From: Camelus ferus
Lineage: Eukaryota
Direction of reading: 5' to 3'
NCBI RefSeq assembly: GCF_009834535.1
Contig: NC_045707.1
Coordinates: forward strand, 14,818,001 to 14,882,000
Length of the DNA: 64,000 nucleotides
Shown here in pieces: positions 59,101-64,000 of the stretch. The first letter of the stretch is position 1. Every line of letters begins with the position of its first letter. The notes under the pieces are model-generated. The model was not told where the DNA came from, did no database searches, and saw only the letters and a list, made by a program, of their open reading frames with translations. The position numbers and the translations under genes were made by a program.

Positions 59101-59985
59101 TGTGAAACCATTTTCTTATTTATATATAGATAATAAATACATAATAAATCTATAAATTATAGCTACATTGAAGATAAATGTTATCCACTTATCTGCACAA
59201 ATATTCTCTATTTAAATAAATGTTAATCATAATTCACCAGTGGTCTGTAACCACAGTTTGGAAAATAAGAAGTTACAGTAAATCCTCCCACAGGAGGAGA
59301 AAGCTTTCATGGGAGTTCTGCTGCTTTCAGCTTCCAAAGGGGCACTTGCTGCTTTGCCTGCATTCTCTCAACTTCAGTGCAAAACAGTTTGTGCGGAGTT
59401 AGTTTACGCTTATTACTCTAAGTGTTTTGACATTTTCTCTTTGGTTCATTTTGTATTCTCAGCTCTTTTTCTAACCTTTTAAGCTATTTGTAATCTTTAC
59501 TTCCCAGTAAAAACTGGAAAGCAGGCAATTGTGAATTGTCTATCATATATGAGCATCCTGTGGTAGATTAGCAAACTTATAAATACATTAAAAAATTTTA
59601 GAAGTATATTGTTCCTCATAATCAATTTTTTTCAGTATAGTGCAAAATATGTTTGTTAATAGACCCAAATATTTTTCCCTGTAAAAATTAAAAAGTCAAA
59701 AGTAAATAAATTTATGTTACCATTTAATGTTTATTTTACTTGGAAATGATTTAGATATTATTTGAAATCTATTATTTAGTTTAACTCAGTATAAACTTCT
59801 ATCTTATTTTCATTTAAAAAAAACATTTGTTTTTAACAGTTATGCTTGGATTAGGCATTAAGAACAGCTAACCATCATCTTAAGTTGTTTTTCTTATTGG
59901 CAGATTCTGTAGCAAGTAGCATCTCAGTTGATCAGTGAGCCCAGGTAGAGAAAGTTGTGTAGTTGCATTCAATATTGACTACTCC

Positions 59986-60120
59986 GGGTGGGGAGGGTAT
60001 AGTTCAAGTGGTAAAGTATATGCTTAGCATACATAAAGTCCTTGGTTCAATCCCCAGTACCTCCTCTAAAAATAAATAAATGAGTAAACCTAATTACCCC
60101 CCCAAAAAAATTTAAAAAAA
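59986..60120 (+). mobile_element. Camelid-type tRNA-derived SINE inside the ERV
   Basis: ggggagggtatagttcaagtggtaaagtatatgcttagcatacataaagtccttggttcaatccccagtacctcc...aaataaataaa...cctaattaccccccc. Confidence 0.85.
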
Positions 60121-61077
60121 ATTGATTGAAGACATGCCTGTTTTCATTAAACCAACATGTTTAAACTAGCTTTTTATTTATCAAAGAGTATGAACTTTGG
60201 GACTTGAAAAGCATTTAGAAACTTGAAAAACAAAAAACACAGTTTATTTCTGAGAGTATATTTGATTTATAGAAATAGTTTTTCTTTAAGTCACTAAAAT
60301 AGAGCTCTTTACAAATTAATTTTGGCAGTATCATCCAGAGGTAGAAAAATATCATATACACATACAGACATACGTAATATACAGACACAGAGATCTGATG
60401 TTTTTTTTTTTTTTAAATTCAGCTCTGTCTGAGGTATAAAACTCAAAGGAAAAGTTGCATCCAAATTGTTTTCTGGCAGATGGAATAAGATAGGGTTACT
60501 TGCTCAGATGGTCGGTTTTCTACCAAAGATTTTTTATTTGCATGTTGTTAAGTCATTTTGTCTTTTAGAAGCTTCTGTATACCAATCAAATAATGGATTC
60601 CATCGTCTGTGAGAGGTTTGGGATCCTCTGTTTTAAGGGTGCCCCTTCCGGTGGGCTTATCTAAAACAAAACTTCCCCATAATGGCCATTGCAATTCCAA
60701 ATTATCCAAAAGTTCACCCATTTTAACAGAAAGGCACCAGAGCCTGGTCCAAGGACCAGGTGAAACCTTTCTTGCCTTTGATTCCCTAAAACCTCTTAGT
60801 TATGAGGGCCCTGTTTTCCAACAGCTATTCTAAAACACCAGGAATTGTGTGCTTTTTTTCCACTTTTGAAAAGATAGGTGACTTACCAGGAAGCTTCATA
60901 AAAACAGATCCTAAATAAAGCCAGAGAACTCAAAATGCAAAGAATATGGAGCTACAATCCAGAAGAGACTTACTCTCAAACTCAAAAGTCAGTGAGAAAG
61001 CAGTGAGCTCAGTGGGCTCTGTGGGTACTGGCACCTGTTTGCTCACCAGCCTCAGAATTGTTGGGAATCTTCTTTGG

Positions 61078-61096
61078 ATCCCACTTCTGATCACCA
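61078..61096 (-). other. Retroviral primer-binding site (tRNA-Leu CAA type, one extra base)
   Basis: TGGTGATCAGAAGTGGGAT, 5 nt from the 5' LTR boundary. Confidence 0.75.
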
Positions 61097-61101
61097 ATTA
61101 A

Positions 61102-61554
61102 TGTTGACCTCAAAAATAAAACAGCCAATTATTTTATCACAAAATGGGTTTATTTGGGAATAGCAGAGAATTGCAATTTGGGACAGGCAAGCTATGAAGA
61201 ATCATAGGCAAGCCCAGAGGAACAAAGGAAAAGGCTTGCTTTTGTTAGGTTTTAGGAGGAAATTGGGGAAGGTGGTTTTGAAGAAAAGTTCATTGCAGAA
61301 GAGTTTAAAGGTTGTGGCTGTTTCTTACTGGCTGCAAGCAGTGTTAGAGTGTTGTTGCTGGGACAGAGATGGATCTTCCTTTTTTAAAAGCAGGAGATAA
61401 AATTCCTCCCTTGTACCAGAAGAAAAGTAACATTTTTTATCTTCCTTCTTCATGCTGGTTATTCAGGCTTCAAGAGTGGTATGTGCATGAGAGCTCCCCC
61501 AGGGACTTCAGGGCTTCCTGACTCCATTTAAAATGAGATTTTCTTTATTTTACA
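61102..61554 (-). repeat. 5' LTR of the ERV
   Basis: Shares blocks such as gcagagaattgcaatttgggacaggcaagctatg, cccttgtaccagaagaaaagtaacatt and actccatt(t)aaaatgagat with 54962-55457. Confidence 0.85.
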
Positions 61555-61750
61555 ACATTACGAGATGATCACCATGATAAGTCTAGTTATCATTTGTCAC
61601 CATTTAAAAGTATTACAATATTATTGACTAAATTCCCCATTCTGTGTATTATATCCCATGACTTATTTCGTAACTAGAAGTTTGTGCCTCTTAATCTTCT
61701 TCGTCTATTTTGCCTGTGCCCTGAACCACCCTCCTTTCTGGCAATCACCA
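61555..61750 (-). mobile_element. Old L1 3'-end fragment, right half
   Basis: acattacgagatgatcaccatgataagtctagttatcatttgtcacc...ctggcaatcacca continues the L1 that is cut at 54961. Confidence 0.75.
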
Positions 61751-63385
61751 ATGTAAAACATATCTCTATATAATAACAACTGCTTTCTGATGTTATGTCA
61801 AGATAAATTAATTGGTTATAGCTTAGTACTTGTTACAAAGCCCAGATTATAGTGAATAGACTAGTTTTTTTTCCTCCCCCCTCTCTTTCTTTCAGGAAAA
61901 TCTATTCCAAAACCATAAGCTACATTGCTAATACTTGGAAGCATATAAGGTGGTTAGTTAGGGTTAAAGTATGGCTTGGAAATGATCCTAGCAGAAATCT
62001 ATTCCTATCATTACAATATTGAAAATATCCTCCCAGTGATAGTGTATTAGTAACAACAACAACAAAAAAAGATAAACATAAGACAGTAAAAATTCATAAT
62101 TTATATTCAGCTATTATCTTATTCAAATTTGATAAAGGCTTCACCCTTCATATCAAACAAATAATAAATTTACACTGTTAATAAGTGTTTAAAGGTTTTC
62201 AAGTCAAGATCCAAATTTGTACATGTTTCCTAAACAGGGTTATAGAGGACAGGAATATAGTTGAATATTATCTCACTTACTCTTAAAAGAAGATGGAAAA
62301 TAATTAGCTTTCCTTGACTGGAAAAAAAAATGAGTTTTAGGTAACATACTGCTGAACTCCATTTTGCTGTCTGCTCTGGATGAAAGCCATTTGAAAGCAA
62401 GCACCTGTCTCCTCCTAGCTCTTCAGAACCTTAGAAATTTAACTGCAGAGAATTTCTCCTGTGAGCCTATATGTTTCCTCAGAGACTTTTCTAAAATCAT
62501 TAACTTTGCTAGCCTTATTATTTGTGAATTCCCCTGCTGTGAATGAGGAAGCACTTGATGTTTTTTTTTTTTTTAGGTCCCTAATGATACCTTAGGTTTT
62601 CAGAGAGTAATAGAATCATAAGGGACCTTTAAATATAATCTAGTCTGGTATCTTTATGCCAGAAAAATATTGAATGATACTAAGGTAGTTTATTTTGCTA
62701 CCTCATTAGTACTTGAGGGGAAAGACTTTATTTTTCTTTTTTACCCAAACTAAACTTAGATGGGTCTATTTGTTTATATTGTATATGATGTATATAATTT
62801 GTCTATATTTAATAACTAAATAGTAATTATTTATTGCTGGAATGTAAATATAGTATTACCCACTACCTTAACATCGTTCTATTGATTATATAGGTCTTTT
62901 GTCAGGCTGTTTCAGGGCCTGCAACTATTTGCTTTGAGTCTTTGATATAGTGGGAAAACCCTGTGTTGCTATTTGCCTCCCATCTTTGATACTTAATATC
63001 ATGGCCATTTGCTACTGTTCTAACAGTCAGGAACATTTTTGATAGTTCCATTTTGTGGTTTAGACACAAAAATTCACAAAATATTTTGTTCATTTAGCCA
63101 GCTCTATAAGGAAAGACAGAAATAACAAGTAGCAACAATTTACCAAGTATCAACTATTTTCAAACATTTGGCCTTTTATTCTTATTTATTATATTGTTAC
63201 AAATTTATTTATGTTACTTTGTGTTCTTTTTTCACAGATGGTATAGGGGAAAGAAAACAGGCTTTGATTTCAGATCTAGTTTCAATTCTATGTTAGTTAA
63301 TAGTGGTATGACTTTAGACCCTTAATTATCTTTCTCAAGCTTCATTTATGAATGGAAATCAATACTAGCTTAGAATCATCTTTTT

Positions 63386-63960
63386 TATTTGGGTTTTTTA
63401 ACTTATATATTTTTATTTGGAAATGTTTATATCTGTACAGTGAAACTAAATTTTGGAGTCACTGGATGTCATTAGTTTGGATATCATTAGTTAATTATAA
63501 AAGCTAGACATGGAAATTATTTACATGAAAGATTTCAGAACTTCAGTGGAATGAGCAGCTTCATGTGATGTCATTTCAATAGCTATTTATTTCAGTCTGC
63601 ATACTTTCCAAGAATGTCACCATCTCTAAATAAGAAGTGATCCTTGTTGTCTAGAACTACTTTAGTCCTTTATATTCTGGGAGAAGAACTTTATATCCAA
63701 CTTTCCACTAAGTAGTTGAATCTAGCCTTTCCTTTAGAGCCCAATCCAACAGCTACTACTGTTGCTTGCGATACTTTTCCTTGAGATTTTTCTGGAAGCA
63801 TAATGCCTCCTTTGGTTACAGTTTCAACTGTATTCCTTTCAACTAATACTTGGTCAAAGAGGGGAAGAAGCTTTCTAAATGCCTGTCCTGCAGTGTTTTC
63901 GGCCGCCACTGCAGTTCCTACGCCATCTCGTGTCTCCACTACAAGGAGAGACCCACAGTC
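63386..63960 (-). pseudogene. HSPE1: HSPE1 (Hsp10/chaperonin 10) processed pseudogene
   Basis: Intronless AGQAFRKLLPLFDQVLVERNTVETVTKGGIMLPEKSQGKVSQATVVAVGLGSKGK, then a frameshift and stops. The start ATG is replaced by ACT (63892-63894). The CDS-equivalent ends at 63592, followed by the HSPE1 3' UTR, AATAAA and an A-rich tail. The 14-bp TSD agaatcatcttttt lies at 63372-63385 and 63961-63974. Confidence 0.95.
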
Positions 63961-64000
63961 AGAATCATCTTTTTATCATGCTGTAATATTCAATCCCATT

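Larger units (their letters stand above)
54962..61554 (-). mobile_element. Decayed class I (gamma-like, MER4-group-like) endogenous retrovirus with two LTRs
   Basis: Homologous LTRs at 54962-55457 and 61102-61554, both tg...ca. PBS TGGTGATCAGAAGTGGGAT at 61078-61096 (near-complement of the tRNA-Leu(CAA) 3' end). PPT aaaagggggtaaata at about 55458-55472. TSD gcat/acat. gag-MA-like LELQWPLWGSF near 60660-60721; env TM-like motif near 55920-56160. Confidence 0.88.

Overview
Mammalian genomic DNA, most likely a camelid (inferred from four copies of a Vic-1-like tRNA-derived SINE). It is syntenic with the human 12q13 block KMT2D-RHEBL1-DHH-LMBR1L-TUBA1B, all on the minus strand. I built full exon chains by hand from splice sites and reading frame: RHEBL1 (8 exons, 183 aa), DHH (3 exons, 396 aa), LMBR1L (17 exons, 489 aa, one U12-type intron) and TUBA1B (4 exons, 451 aa, partly hidden by N runs). 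The left end holds only a CpG-island 5' region, assigned to KMT2D by synteny. The right end holds a decayed two-LTR class I endogenous retrovirus (PBS, PPT, gag and env remnants, 4-bp TSD) about 1 kb upstream of TUBA1B, carrying an unidentified ~1.6-kb cargo. It also holds a full-length HSPE1 processed pseudogene with a 14-bp TSD. I found no convincing novel gene system. The best leads are retro-element cargo segments, the LTR beside the TUBA1B promoter, upstream ORFs in DHH and LMBR1L, the minor intron, and convergent CTCF-like motifs bracketing DHH. N runs in TUBA1B exon 4 are exactly length-preserving, so they look like masked or uncalled bases rather than sized scaffold gaps.
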